NCBI GenBank assembly: GCA_903840015.1
Contig: CAIMEL010000024.1
Coordinates: forward strand, 1,057-65,056
DNA: 64,000 bases
From: an uncultured bacterium
GTDB lineage: Bacteria; Patescibacteriota; Dojkabacteria; SC72
Reading direction: 5' to 3'
Position numbers and translations under genes: made by a program. Under the pieces are notes generated by a model, which did not search any database, was not told the DNA's origin, and saw only the letters and a list, made by a program, of their open reading frames with translations. Positions 38,030-47,318 of this stretch are shown here, piece after piece. Numbering within the stretch: the stretch's first letter is position 1; each line of letters starts with the position of its first letter.

Positions 38030-39211
38030 TTACGTTCTGTTTAGAATAAAAATATTCCTTGTGATGATACTATTTTTACGACTCCACTTCAAGTCCCTTC
38101 CTCCTGAGTAGTATGTATTTAAAACCTCCCACCTATTTGTTAATAATTCTCTAACACCGAAAGTCTTCCATCCACTCTTAGTTTTGTATGAAGGGATAAT
38201 TATGACCACCTTTATACCTCTCTTCTCTATCTTCTCGTCTATGAGTTTGAAGAGTGCTTTGTAAAGAGACTTAACTTCATTTAAGAGCTTTTCTGCATTA
38301 ATATCTGCCAATTCTCGCTTCTGAGCAGCTCCCATAAATGGTTCACACACAATTCCTGAGATATCCGTATTCTTTAATCTCTTTACAATCTCATGGTCTG
38401 GCTGTTTTACATCCAATCTAAAAGCTTCATAGAAGATATCATCAATCAACCCCTCCTTATCAAGCCATTTGATATTCTCCTCAGTATGATGTACAGCATT
38501 GCTATCTATATCTGATGCCAAGAAGTTAAACCCTAAGACAGCCGCTTCCATAGGTATTGTTCCAGAACCACAAAACGGATCCCATAATATTCCGCCATTT
38601 AAACCCGTAAAATTAACCATCATACGAGCCAACTTAGGGGGTAGAACTCCCATTTCAATATCAGTATATGGCCTGTCTAAATCTCTCTGGGCAAATTCCT
38701 CTACATTCTGAATTAATACTGTATTTCCATAGATCTCTTCCTTACCATTATTCAAAATACATAGTTCAAAACCCTTCCTTAATATATGGTTGTACTGAAT
38801 TTGGCCATAATTCAATGATTTCTCATTTTTATTTGGAGCTATGAATCTCGACGATATCCCATACTCTTTTAAACCCTCTTTTATACTATTTCCAAGCTTC
38901 TTCTGAGAAAGATTACTCTCTATACCCAATACAGTAATACCAAAAACAACTTTTCCTTCGTGAGTTGTAAAACCTGTCAAAAATGAATCTAAATCATCAA
39001 TGATTTCACCATATCTAATGAAGCCACCCAATCTTTTAAAAATCTTCTCAAGAATTTCAGGGTTTACATCATTACTCTTAACTAAGAAAATCTCTGGCGA
39101 GAATCTATGAACTATATCTTTCTTTAGATGAAAAGATTCGAACGTAGTAAGTAGTTCAGTATACGAAAGGTCTGGAAAAGATCCAGCCTCAAAGAAATAT
39201 TGCTTAGACAT
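38030..39211 (-). CDS. THUMP-domain RNA methyltransferase (RlmL/Trm14-like N2-guanine or N6-adenine methyltransferase)
   Basis: SAM-binding/catalytic LWDPFCGSGTIPMEAAVLG and DIDSNAV. Sits between rplU and rpmA, where many bacteria carry a small ysxB-type gene. Confidence 0.65.
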   Translation of the reverse strand: MSKQYFFEAGSFPDLSYTELLTTFESFHLKKDIVHRFSPEIFLVKSNDVNPEILEKIFKRLGGFIRYGEIIDDLDSFLTGFTTHEGKVVFGITVLGIESNLSQKKLGNSIKEGLKEYGISSRFIAPNKNEKSLNYGQIQYNHILRKGFELCILNNGKEEIYGNTVLIQNVEEFAQRDLDRPYTDIEMGVLPPKLARMMVNFTGLNGGILWDPFCGSGTIPMEAAVLGFNFLASDIDSNAVHHTEENIKWLDKEGLIDDIFYEAFRLDVKQPDHEIVKRLKNTDISGIVCEPFMGAAQKRELADINAEKLLNEVKSLYKALFKLIDEKIEKRGIKVVIIIPSYKTKSGWKTFGVRELLTNRWEVLNTYYSGGRDLKWSRKNSIITRNIFILNRT

Positions 39212-39594
39212 TATGATATTTTCTTAACAAGTACTTTTGTTAAATCAGCTCTATACCCATACCTTCGTCTACTTCGAGATTTTGCTTTGTATATCAATCC
39301 CTTAATCTTGTCACCTTTAAATTGTGAAGTAATCTCTAATTTAACAACTGCACCATCTACCAAAGGTTTTCCGATTTGAATTTTCTCACCATCAGCAACA
39401 AGTAATACATCCTTGATCTCAAGTTTGTCACCCTTGTTACCTGAAAGTTTGTTAACTTCATACTCTTTACCTTCAGAAACTTTTAATTGAACACCAGCAA
39501 GCTTAATAACGGCAAATTTTGAACCTGATTCAACTACCTCTTTGGTTTCAATCTTCTTTTCTACTTTTTTAGTTGTCTTTTTCTCTGTAGCCAT
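39211..39594 (-). CDS. rplU: 50S ribosomal protein L21 with a Lys-rich N-terminal extension
   Basis: FAVIKLAGVQLKVSEGKEYEVNKL; N-terminal TTKKVEKKIETKE tail. Confidence 0.85.
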   Translation of the reverse strand: MATEKKTTKKVEKKIETKEVVESGSKFAVIKLAGVQLKVSEGKEYEVNKLSGNKGDKLEIKDVLLVADGEKIQIGKPLVDGAVVKLEITSQFKGDKIKGLIYKAKSRSRRRYGYRADLTKVLVKKIS

Positions 39595-39638
39595 AGGTAA
39601 GGATTTTAAGTTAATAACGGTAAAAAGTCAATGAGATA

Positions 39639-40958
39639 TTACTCATATATATTTAAAATCTCTGTTGTCTTTACATTTAGTTTTCTTTCAACAACATTAT
39701 GAACATTCTGTACCAATCCCAAAGCAACCAAGGACATTATTGTAGAGCTTCCTCCAACACTCATAAACGGTAACGGTATACCTGTTGCCGGTATTGTACC
39801 AAGGTTTGTTCCAATATTTATGAAAATCTGTAAGAGAAATGCTAAACCTACACCTAGAGACAGAAGCGAAAGTAAAGGATTAGTTACTGTACGAATAGAT
39901 TTAAAAAGACAAATGACAATGATAACACCATACACCATAATGAGGAAAAGACTCCCGACCAGACCAAACTCCTCAGCGTACGAGGCAAAGATGAAGTCTG
40001 TTTCGTGTTCTGGTAAGAAATTCCGTTTACTTTGAGTTCCATTGCCAAACCCTTTACCAAAGATCTGTCCAGAACCAATGGCAATACGAGACTGATTAAC
40101 ATTAAAACCGATATCACTTTCAGTACCTGTTGGATCCAAGAATGCCTCTATACGATCTTTTTGATAGTCCTTTAGAACATGTTGCCAGATATTTGAAAAC
40201 ACAACCCCTATTAAAAGCCCTGAAAGGAGCGTAGAGATGAGCAATATTCTCCAGCTATCTCTGGCATAGTATATGAAAATGGAAAGTATTGATGCAGGAA
40301 TTAATAACAGATACCACAGAGGATTTAGTAGGACAGCCGAAAGCAAGAATGATCCTGCAATCAACGACAGTATTATTAAAAGAAGAATGTTTCGAAAAGG
40401 ATTACTTAATCCCATGAAAGAGATTAATCCCCATATCGAAAGAAGTAGTATGGCAATACTTCCATTTGGTTGAAGATATACCAATATTGCCATTGGTAAA
40501 ACCAGTATGAAGGAAAGAAGCAAGAGTAACCATTGATTATACTTGTCTTTAAAGGAAACAATGGCTGCAGTAATTAGGATAACTGTAACTTTTGCAACTT
40601 CCGAAGCCTGTAATTGAAAGCCTCCAATTACTAACCACCTTTTTACATTATTTATAGTTGGAGCAAAGAGTAAGGTCGCAACAAGTAAAGCTACAGTTAC
40701 GATGTATATAATTAATAATACTTGCCAATATTTCAAATAATTTAGTTCTAATTTTGATATTAGAAAATACAAAATAAAACCTATCAAGAGAAAAAGTAAC
40801 TGCTTGTATACTGTTTGCAAATCACCTAAACCTCCTGTTGGTAATATCTTCGTGGAGACGAGATTAACAATCCCTATTATAGAAATGATTATCGTGGAAG
40901 AAAGTAGAAACCAATCAATATGGTACACACTAGATTCTTTCTTCGAGAATATATTCAT
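39639..40958 (-). CDS. ftsW: SEDS-family cell division/elongation transglycosylase FtsW/RodA
   Basis: 10-TM protein; C-terminal IPATGIPLPFMSVGGSSTIMSLVALGLVQNV matches the FtsW/RodA signature. Confidence 0.8.
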   Translation of the reverse strand: MNIFSKKESSVYHIDWFLLSSTIIISIIGIVNLVSTKILPTGGLGDLQTVYKQLLFLLIGFILYFLISKLELNYLKYWQVLLIIYIVTVALLVATLLFAPTINNVKRWLVIGGFQLQASEVAKVTVILITAAIVSFKDKYNQWLLLLLSFILVLPMAILVYLQPNGSIAILLLSIWGLISFMGLSNPFRNILLLIILSLIAGSFLLSAVLLNPLWYLLLIPASILSIFIYYARDSWRILLISTLLSGLLIGVVFSNIWQHVLKDYQKDRIEAFLDPTGTESDIGFNVNQSRIAIGSGQIFGKGFGNGTQSKRNFLPEHETDFIFASYAEEFGLVGSLFLIMVYGVIIVICLFKSIRTVTNPLLSLLSLGVGLAFLLQIFINIGTNLGTIPATGIPLPFMSVGGSSTIMSLVALGLVQNVHNVVERKLNVKTTEILNIYE

Positions 40959-40982
40959 AACTGATTATACCAATTAACGGTA

Positions 40983-42200
40983 TTAGTTTTGGTTAGGTTT
41001 CCTCATAAATGCTGGGACATCCAAAGGATCCTCTGCGAGAATATCCTTTTTAGGAGTAAGATCAATTATATCTTCCTCATGATCCAATTCAGAATCATCT
41101 TCGAAAGAATCTAACTCCTTAGGTTCTCTAGCAATAACAGGTTCTTCTACTGGTTGTCTTTCTGCTCTATCTTGGATATCGAATCCAAATGTTCTTACAT
41201 TTGTAGGAGCATCACTTTTTTGCTGTTTTGTATATATTTGCCTATTTTCATCAAAACCGGTAGCAACTATCGTTATTGTAATCTCATCACCTGCATTTGG
41301 ATCAATCTGTGCACCGAATTTAATGTTCGCTGAAGGATCTACTGCTTCCTTAATTAACTCTGATACAAGACTAATTTCAGGCAATGTTAAGTTTGAACCA
41401 ACAACATTGTAGAGTACACCTGTTGCTCCCTCTATGGACATATCCAAAAGAGGACTGGTAGTTGCTGCTCTTGCCGCTTCTTCAGCTCTGTTCTCACCTG
41501 TTGCTCTACCTATACCCATAAGTGCTGTACCTGCATTTTGCATAACGGATTTAGCGTCATTAAAGTCAGCATTGATATATCCCGTCTGACTAATGAGGTT
41601 AGAAATACTTTTAACTCCCTCAGCCAGTACAGAATCTACTTTCTTCATAGCATCTATAAAGGAAAGTTTCTCATTCTCACTTACAATCTCTAACAATCTT
41701 TGATTTGGGACTACAATTAATGTGTCAACCTTGTCTCTCAATGCTGCAATTCCTTCTTCTGCAACTTCTCTTCTTTTGTTTCCTTCAAAGTCAAAAGGTT
41801 TTGTAACAACTGCTACTGTCAAAGCACCCATATTTCTTGCAACTCCAGCTATTATTGGAGCAGCTCCTGTACCAGTACCACCACCCATACCAGCAGTTAT
41901 GAAGACCATATTCGCACCTTCCAAAAGCTCCTGAATCTGATCTAAACTCTCCTCTGCAGCCTGAGCTCCCATCTCAAAATTTCCACCAACTCCCAATCCA
42001 TGAGTTAACTCCTCTCCCAACTGCAAAGTTACTGCAGCTTGAGACATCTTAAGTGCTTGAGCATCTGTATTAAAAGCCATGAAATCAACGCCAGGGATAT
42101 CATAATCCGTGATCATTGTATTAATTGCATTACACCCACCACCACCAACTCCTACCACCTTTATTTTTGCCACGGGATCGACATTTGTAGTAACTAACAT
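40983..42200 (-). CDS. ftsZ: Cell division GTPase FtsZ
   Basis: Tubulin signature GGGTGTGAAP, T7 loop NADFNDAK-like; acidic C-terminal linker plus conserved C-terminal peptide DVPAFMRK. Confidence 0.95.
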   Translation of the reverse strand: MLVTTNVDPVAKIKVVGVGGGGCNAINTMITDYDIPGVDFMAFNTDAQALKMSQAAVTLQLGEELTHGLGVGGNFEMGAQAAEESLDQIQELLEGANMVFITAGMGGGTGTGAAPIIAGVARNMGALTVAVVTKPFDFEGNKRREVAEEGIAALRDKVDTLIVVPNQRLLEIVSENEKLSFIDAMKKVDSVLAEGVKSISNLISQTGYINADFNDAKSVMQNAGTALMGIGRATGENRAEEAARAATTSPLLDMSIEGATGVLYNVVGSNLTLPEISLVSELIKEAVDPSANIKFGAQIDPNAGDEITITIVATGFDENRQIYTKQQKSDAPTNVRTFGFDIQDRAERQPVEEPVIAREPKELDSFEDDSELDHEEDIIDLTPKKDILAEDPLDVPAFMRKPNQN

Positions 42201-42227
42201 AGGAACAAACGACTTAAATTAATTTAT

Positions 42228-43526
42228 TTAAGGCAGTAAGGATTTAAACCAATCTTTAATCTTTCCAAAAGCTCCACCAATCTCCATCTTGTTCTTCTCA
42301 GAACCTTTAGGAATATCACCATCATCATCCATCGCATGTTTAATCAAACCTTGAACACAAGCGTAAGCAGGATCTGAAATCTCCTCCGTCATACCTGTAA
42401 GGCCTGAAGGGTAACCTACTCTTGCCGCAACACCAAATACACACTGCGTAAATTTCGTAATATCTTGAAGAAGACTTGTACCACCAGTAAGAACAACCCC
42501 TGCTGGCATAGCTATATCATATCCAGCTTTTGAAACATTCTGCTTTGCCATCTCCAAAATTTCCTCACATCTGGCTTCTACAATCTTCTTTAACATATCT
42601 TTTGAAACCTTCTTGTCTATTCCAATTACACTCAAATCCAACTCTTCTGTTTTCACTTTCTTCTCCTTAGGTTCATCTTTCTTTCTCAGTAATGCAGGTG
42701 TCGAATCCAAATCTTTCCCTTTTGTTGGAGTACACTTGTTATCTAAAATATCTGCCATATTCACCTTTATCTTCTCTGCATCCTCAAGTGAAACTTGCAG
42801 TCCAATAGCTATATCACTGGTCAAGTTATATCCACCCAAAGGAATTGAACCACTGTAAACGATAGAGCCCTCTTGGAAAATCGCGATACCTGTTGTCCCA
42901 GCACCAATATCTAACAAAGTCACACCTAATTCTTTTTCTGTATCTGTTAAAACTGCAAGAGATGAAGCCCAAGCAGTGAAAATAACATCGTAAACATTAG
43001 ACCCTATCTGTTCTACACATTTACGAATATTCTGCCAGTAAGAATTTGGTGCTGTAATTATGTGAGTCTCAACTTCCAATCTTCCTCCACTCATCCCTAT
43101 TGGATACTTAATTCCTCCCTGATTATCTACTACAAATTCTCTTGGAATTATATGTATTGGATTAAGATTATCTGGCAAAGACAGTGTCCTTGCATTTTCT
43201 ATTGCCCTGTACGTGTCGTCTATTGTTATCTCTGAACCCGCAACTGCCACAACCCCTTTGTTATTTAAGCTGGTAACCTGCTCTCCATTTATTGAAACAT
43301 ACACATCGGAAACAGTAACACCAGCCATTCTCTCTGCGGCAGTAACACTCTCAGAAATAGCATTAGTCGCATCATCAATATTCACCACAACACCTTTTTT
43401 GATACCCTTGCTGGGATGAGAACAAACACCTATAACCATGGGGGCTTTATTATCTTCTACAGATGATATTACAGTCGTAATTTTCGAGGAACCTACATCA
43501 ATTGCTGTTATTATTTTTCTTGCCAT
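42228..43526 (-). CDS. ftsA: Cell division protein FtsA
   Basis: Actin-like ATPase IITAIDVGSSKITTVI, ..LDIGAGTTGIAIF..; located upstream of ftsZ. Confidence 0.9.
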   Translation of the reverse strand: MARKIITAIDVGSSKITTVISSVEDNKAPMVIGVCSHPSKGIKKGVVVNIDDATNAISESVTAAERMAGVTVSDVYVSINGEQVTSLNNKGVVAVAGSEITIDDTYRAIENARTLSLPDNLNPIHIIPREFVVDNQGGIKYPIGMSGGRLEVETHIITAPNSYWQNIRKCVEQIGSNVYDVIFTAWASSLAVLTDTEKELGVTLLDIGAGTTGIAIFQEGSIVYSGSIPLGGYNLTSDIAIGLQVSLEDAEKIKVNMADILDNKCTPTKGKDLDSTPALLRKKDEPKEKKVKTEELDLSVIGIDKKVSKDMLKKIVEARCEEILEMAKQNVSKAGYDIAMPAGVVLTGGTSLLQDITKFTQCVFGVAARVGYPSGLTGMTEEISDPAYACVQGLIKHAMDDDGDIPKGSEKNKMEIGGAFGKIKDWFKSLLP

Positions 43527-43635
43527 AGTATTTTAGGGCAGTAATTTTACTTAAAATTATTATATACAAAAATTCTAATCTCTCAAGCTTCTAAGAATAA
43601 TATAATCAAAATTATATATATTATCAAGCATGTTA

Positions 43636-44454
43636 TCAATTCTTCATCACTGGTCTCTCGAATCTCAAATCTAATGACTTAAAATCAAGATCATCACCTC
43701 TAATTTTACCCATCACAACAACTAATCTCTCTAACTGAACATCCAAGTCCGAAGAGAAAGTAAACACGAAAAGCTTACCCTCCTCTGTACCTACCTTAAG
43801 AATATTCTCTCTAAAAGATATATTCTTCAAAACATAATTGTACATCTCTAGCGATTTCACAACTTTGTATATATCTTCCATAACCAATAATTTCTTTTTA
43901 CTGTTATCAAGTTCCGAGATATCAACATCTGAGGAAAGAAAATATGCTAAAGATAATTCTTCCGATCTACTTTTACAGCAACTTGACTCATCCTCTTTGC
44001 ACAGCTCTTCTAAAACATAACCTCTATCTGAAAGTAAGAAACAATTTCCCCCTTTTAATTCAGCAATCATTTTAGGAGAGAAAAGCTTTACAAAGAAAAC
44101 CAACCTATTAGGGACAACCTTCTCCACCCTAACAGAATTAACATATGGAATTTCATTTGCCATATCCCTTGCAAGCTTCGTAGAATCAAATTTAAAGAAA
44201 TTCAATCCTAAGACATTCTTCTCAATATAGCTTGTAATCATTACAGAAATCTTTTCTTCAATCTCAGATCCTTGACTGTCATACACTTCATAGTTCTTGA
44301 TATTCCAGAGACCAATTAGCAAAGATAGAAATAGTAGCAATAAGAAGGAAAACAGAAGAACATATCTCCGAATAAAAACAATTATTCTAAACCTAGATAT
44401 TTTCTCAAATAGATGAGTATTCTTTTTTTTCGTAACAACAGCATCTACATCCAT
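43636..44454 (-). CDS. FtsQ/DivIB-like membrane protein (the ORF-track start at 44541 runs into tRNA-Gly; start moved to the internal Met MDVDAVV)
   Basis: Single TM helix VLLFSFLLLLFLSLLIGLW, then a POTRA-like region; position upstream of ftsA. Confidence 0.45.
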   Translation of the reverse strand: MDVDAVVTKKKNTHLFEKISRFRIIVFIRRYVLLFSFLLLLFLSLLIGLWNIKNYEVYDSQGSEIEEKISVMITSYIEKNVLGLNFFKFDSTKLARDMANEIPYVNSVRVEKVVPNRLVFFVKLFSPKMIAELKGGNCFLLSDRGYVLEELCKEDESSCCKSRSEELSLAYFLSSDVDISELDNSKKKLLVMEDIYKVVKSLEMYNYVLKNISFRENILKVGTEEGKLFVFTFSSDLDVQLERLVVVMGKIRGDDLDFKSLDLRFERPVMKN

Positions 44455-44496
44455 AGAATAGATATTAACATTGAGAACAGGAAAAAGAAACAAACA

Positions 44497-44573
44497 TGGA
44501 GCGAGAGACGGGGGTCGAACCCGCGACCTACACATTGGCAATGTGTCGTTCTAGCCAACTGAACTACTCTCGC
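44497..44573 (-). tRNA. tRNA-Gly (anticodon GCC), CCA encoded
   Basis: Reverse complement GCGAGAG-TA-GTTC AGTTGGCTA GAAC-G-ACACA TTGCCAA TGTGT-AGGTC-GCGGG TTCGACC CCCGT-CTCTCGC-T-CCA. Confidence 0.85.
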
Positions 44574-44576
44574 ATA

Positions 44577-44649
44577 TGCCGAGACCCAGGCTCGAACTGG
44601 GGACCCTCTGTTCTTCAGACAGATGCTCTACCAACTGAGCTATCTCGGC
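44577..44649 (-). tRNA. tRNA-Phe (anticodon GAA)
   Basis: Reverse complement GCCGAGA-TA-GCTC AGTTGGTA GAGC-A-TCTGT CTGAAGA ACAGA-GGGTC-CCCAG TTCGAGC CTGGG-TCTCGGC-A; 3 nt from tRNA-Gly. Confidence 0.85.
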
Positions 44650-44680
44650 ATTCCAAGTACTGAAAATGATATCAAATATA

Positions 44681-45799
44681 TTATTTGTTATCAACCAATT
44701 GTTTAAGGATACTCTTTTTGAAGCTATCAAAATCATTAATATATCGTGTGTCCTCTGAGATTTTTTTGTAATTCCACTTCTTTCCCTCAAAATTTTTCAT
44801 ACACTCTCTAAAATCAGATATATTCCAATTATCAAAAAACATACCATTCTTTCCCTCTTTCACTATTTCTAAACTTCCACCACCACGAAAAGCAATAACT
44901 GGTGTTCCCGCAGATATAGCTTCACAAGGAAAGATACCATACTCCTCAATTCCGGGAACAATATACCCTTTTGCTTTTGCCATAATTTTCCATTTCTCTT
45001 CATCAGTAATCCAACCCAAAAATTCGATGTTCTTAAAACGAGAATATTTTTTCTCCAATCTTTTACGCAGAGATCCATTCCCCAAAACTTTCAGTTTACA
45101 TCCCAATTCTGCAGCACAAGACAGAAGAAACTCTCCTTCTTTGTTAGGTTCAAAAGGAGCACCAGAGATATAATAGTCATTTCTCTTCAGATATATTTTT
45201 CCTTTGTATTTCTCTACAGGAGGATGTATTACTGCATCAACTTTCCTATCCCAGTATTTCTCAATTCTTTCCTTTGAAATATTTGAATTCGCAATAATAT
45301 GATCTGGTCGCGAAGATGCTACAACATCCCAGACTCGCATACCAACTAAACAGAAATCAACAAATGCTTGTTTCAGTCTAGAAAAGCCAACAACTCTCGA
45401 ATATCTCGATCTTAAATCCCAAGCATATCTCATTGGGGAATGAATATATGCAACATGCAAACAGTTAAGCGGAGAAATTATCCCATGAGTAACAGAGGAG
45501 CTAGAAGATATTACTAAGTCATACTGGGGAAAATCAAATTTCTCAACAAAGAAAGGCCACAGGTTAAAAGTATATCTGTATACTTTTTTGATGAAAGGGA
45601 TACCATTTAAACGAGAAAAAAATATCCTATGTGAATTCAGGTTATCGGATAGAGACTTCTTCTCTCCAAACAAAGCGAATATATCAGCATCTGGGAAAAT
45701 CTTAGCGAAAGAATCAAGAACTCTATTTGCCCCCGCCATACTCCAAAGAGATTCTGTGACCAATGCTACTCTGTATCTGTTCTTACTTTTCACCATCAT
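44681..45799 (-). CDS. Glycosyltransferase family 4 (GT-B, retaining)
   Basis: C-terminal EX7E-like region EEYGIFPCEAISAGTPVIAFRGGGSLEIVKEGKNGMFF. Confidence 0.75.
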   Translation of the reverse strand: MMVKSKNRYRVALVTESLWSMAGANRVLDSFAKIFPDADIFALFGEKKSLSDNLNSHRIFFSRLNGIPFIKKVYRYTFNLWPFFVEKFDFPQYDLVISSSSSVTHGIISPLNCLHVAYIHSPMRYAWDLRSRYSRVVGFSRLKQAFVDFCLVGMRVWDVVASSRPDHIIANSNISKERIEKYWDRKVDAVIHPPVEKYKGKIYLKRNDYYISGAPFEPNKEGEFLLSCAAELGCKLKVLGNGSLRKRLEKKYSRFKNIEFLGWITDEEKWKIMAKAKGYIVPGIEEYGIFPCEAISAGTPVIAFRGGGSLEIVKEGKNGMFFDNWNISDFRECMKNFEGKKWNYKKISEDTRYINDFDSFKKSILKQLVDNK

Positions 45800-46490
45800 A
45801 TACTATTACAGTTCCATTCTTTTTTCTGAAAATACCAGGTCTAGTGAAAACCATAAAGACACCGAAAAGGACAAGAACAAGTCCAGTAAATACTATATAT
45901 CTATCTATTGGTATTGCAGTATCTATATTGCTTGGATCTAAAATATTCTTCCCTATAACGAAAGTTACTGCCTGTGGTTTAGTTTTTAATATATTCGTAG
46001 GAGGACTACCATCCTTCATCATCAATGTATCAAAGACTCCATTATCTCCACCATACTCCCAATCAAATACTGTGCTACCCTCCTTTAAGACTTTAAATGT
46101 AAGCCTAGCTAAAATATCGGGTTTCACTCCTGTTTTGTACAGAGTACCGCTTCCAGATTGTGTAAAACCTGAAAGCATAATCACACCATTCTCATTATCT
46201 AAAGTAGATTCATCATTTGGCCATTGTGTGAACAAAGTATTATTTCTTTCTGCCTTAGTAAGTTGCAATACCTTTGGGTCAAAAAGTATGACAAATTTCG
46301 CAGAGGTAATCTCCTGGCCTGCAGTATCTATTAATACATCCACAATGAAACCCTGACTCTGATTTATGACCTGTCCTCCTTTTGGATAGAAGGAGAAAGT
46401 TGGTTCTGCTGCAAAAATATTCGAAGGATTTGATACTAAAATCATCAAGAACAGAAATAGTAGTGTTGGTAATACTTTTTTAAGATACAC
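45783..46490 (-). CDS. secreted protein with a C-terminal membrane anchor, hypothetical
   Basis: Signal peptide LLFLFLMILVSNPSNIFA, beta-rich body, C-terminal TM helix FTGLVLVLFGVFMVF. Confidence 0.4.
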   Translation of the reverse strand: MYLKKVLPTLLFLFLMILVSNPSNIFAAEPTFSFYPKGGQVINQSQGFIVDVLIDTAGQEITSAKFVILFDPKVLQLTKAERNNTLFTQWPNDESTLDNENGVIMLSGFTQSGSGTLYKTGVKPDILARLTFKVLKEGSTVFDWEYGGDNGVFDTLMMKDGSPPTNILKTKPQAVTFVIGKNILDPSNIDTAIPIDRYIVFTGLVLVLFGVFMVFTRPGIFRKKNGTVIVYDGEK

Positions 46491-46535
46491 CTTGTTTTAT
46501 AGCTAGATATATAATATTTTAGGATAACAAATTAT

Positions 46536-47318
46536 ATGGAATCTTTAAAGCTATTAATAATAGGAATTGTACAAGGAGTTACAGAACTACTCCCAATCTC
46601 TAGTAGTGGCCACATTCTAATCTTTTCAGAGATACTAAATATCTCCTCATCATCGTTAATCCTTACCTTTTTCCATGTAGGAACAACTTTAGCAATATTA
46701 CTTTTTTTTAGAGAGAAGATCTTTAAAGAAATTCTTAAGAAAGAAAGAATTACTTTTCTAATTAAGATAATAATATCTAGTATCCCAGCTGCACTGATTG
46801 GAGCACTATTTGAAGATTTCATTTCTGAGAAATTAAGAGCTATTCCCATTACAGCAATATCGCTCATAGTAGTAGGAATCGCTATGATAATTATTGAAAG
46901 GAAATCGAAGAAGGAAACAGAGATCGAAGAGGTTACTTGGAAACAATCACTATTAATGGGAGTAAGTCAAACATTTGCTCTAATCCCCGGAGTTTCAAGA
47001 TCAGGAATAACAACACTTACAGGAATACTCACAGGATTAAACAAATATATTGCTTTGGAATATTCACTGATTCTTGGAATCCCTATTCTACTTGGAGGAT
47101 TTGTTTGGGAAACACTTAAACTCTTTTTTAAAGATGGCCAAGCTATTGAATTTACAACACAAAATATATTCACTGGATTAATAATACTTTTAGTTCCGTT
47201 CTGCGTTGGATACTTAGCACTTCATTTACTTAAGAAATTCAAAAAGAGTAACTGGTTAACAGCATTTGGTATTTACAGAATTATACTTGGCGTATTTCTT
47301 TTGCTAATCTCACTATAA
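46536..47318 (+). CDS. uppP: Undecaprenyl-diphosphatase
   Basis: GIVQGVTELLPISSSGHILIF and PGVSRSGITT (BacA/UppP motifs). Confidence 0.85.
   Translation: MESLKLLIIGIVQGVTELLPISSSGHILIFSEILNISSSSLILTFFHVGTTLAILLFFREKIFKEILKKERITFLIKIIISSIPAALIGALFEDFISEKLRAIPITAISLIVVGIAMIIIERKSKKETEIEEVTWKQSLLMGVSQTFALIPGVSRSGITTLTGILTGLNKYIALEYSLILGIPILLGGFVWETLKLFFKDGQAIEFTTQNIFTGLIILLVPFCVGYLALHLLKKFKKSNWLTAFGIYRIILGVFLLLISL

Noticed and set aside
44551-44790. 79-aa ORF spanning tRNA-Phe and tRNA-Gly; also the first 29 codons of the FtsQ-like ORF (to 44541) and ORFs 13999..14214 and 14156..14359 over tRNA-Gly(UCC)
   Set aside because: They are translations of tRNA genes and spacer. Conserved tRNA sequence produces spurious open frames, so gene starts were moved downstream of the tRNAs.
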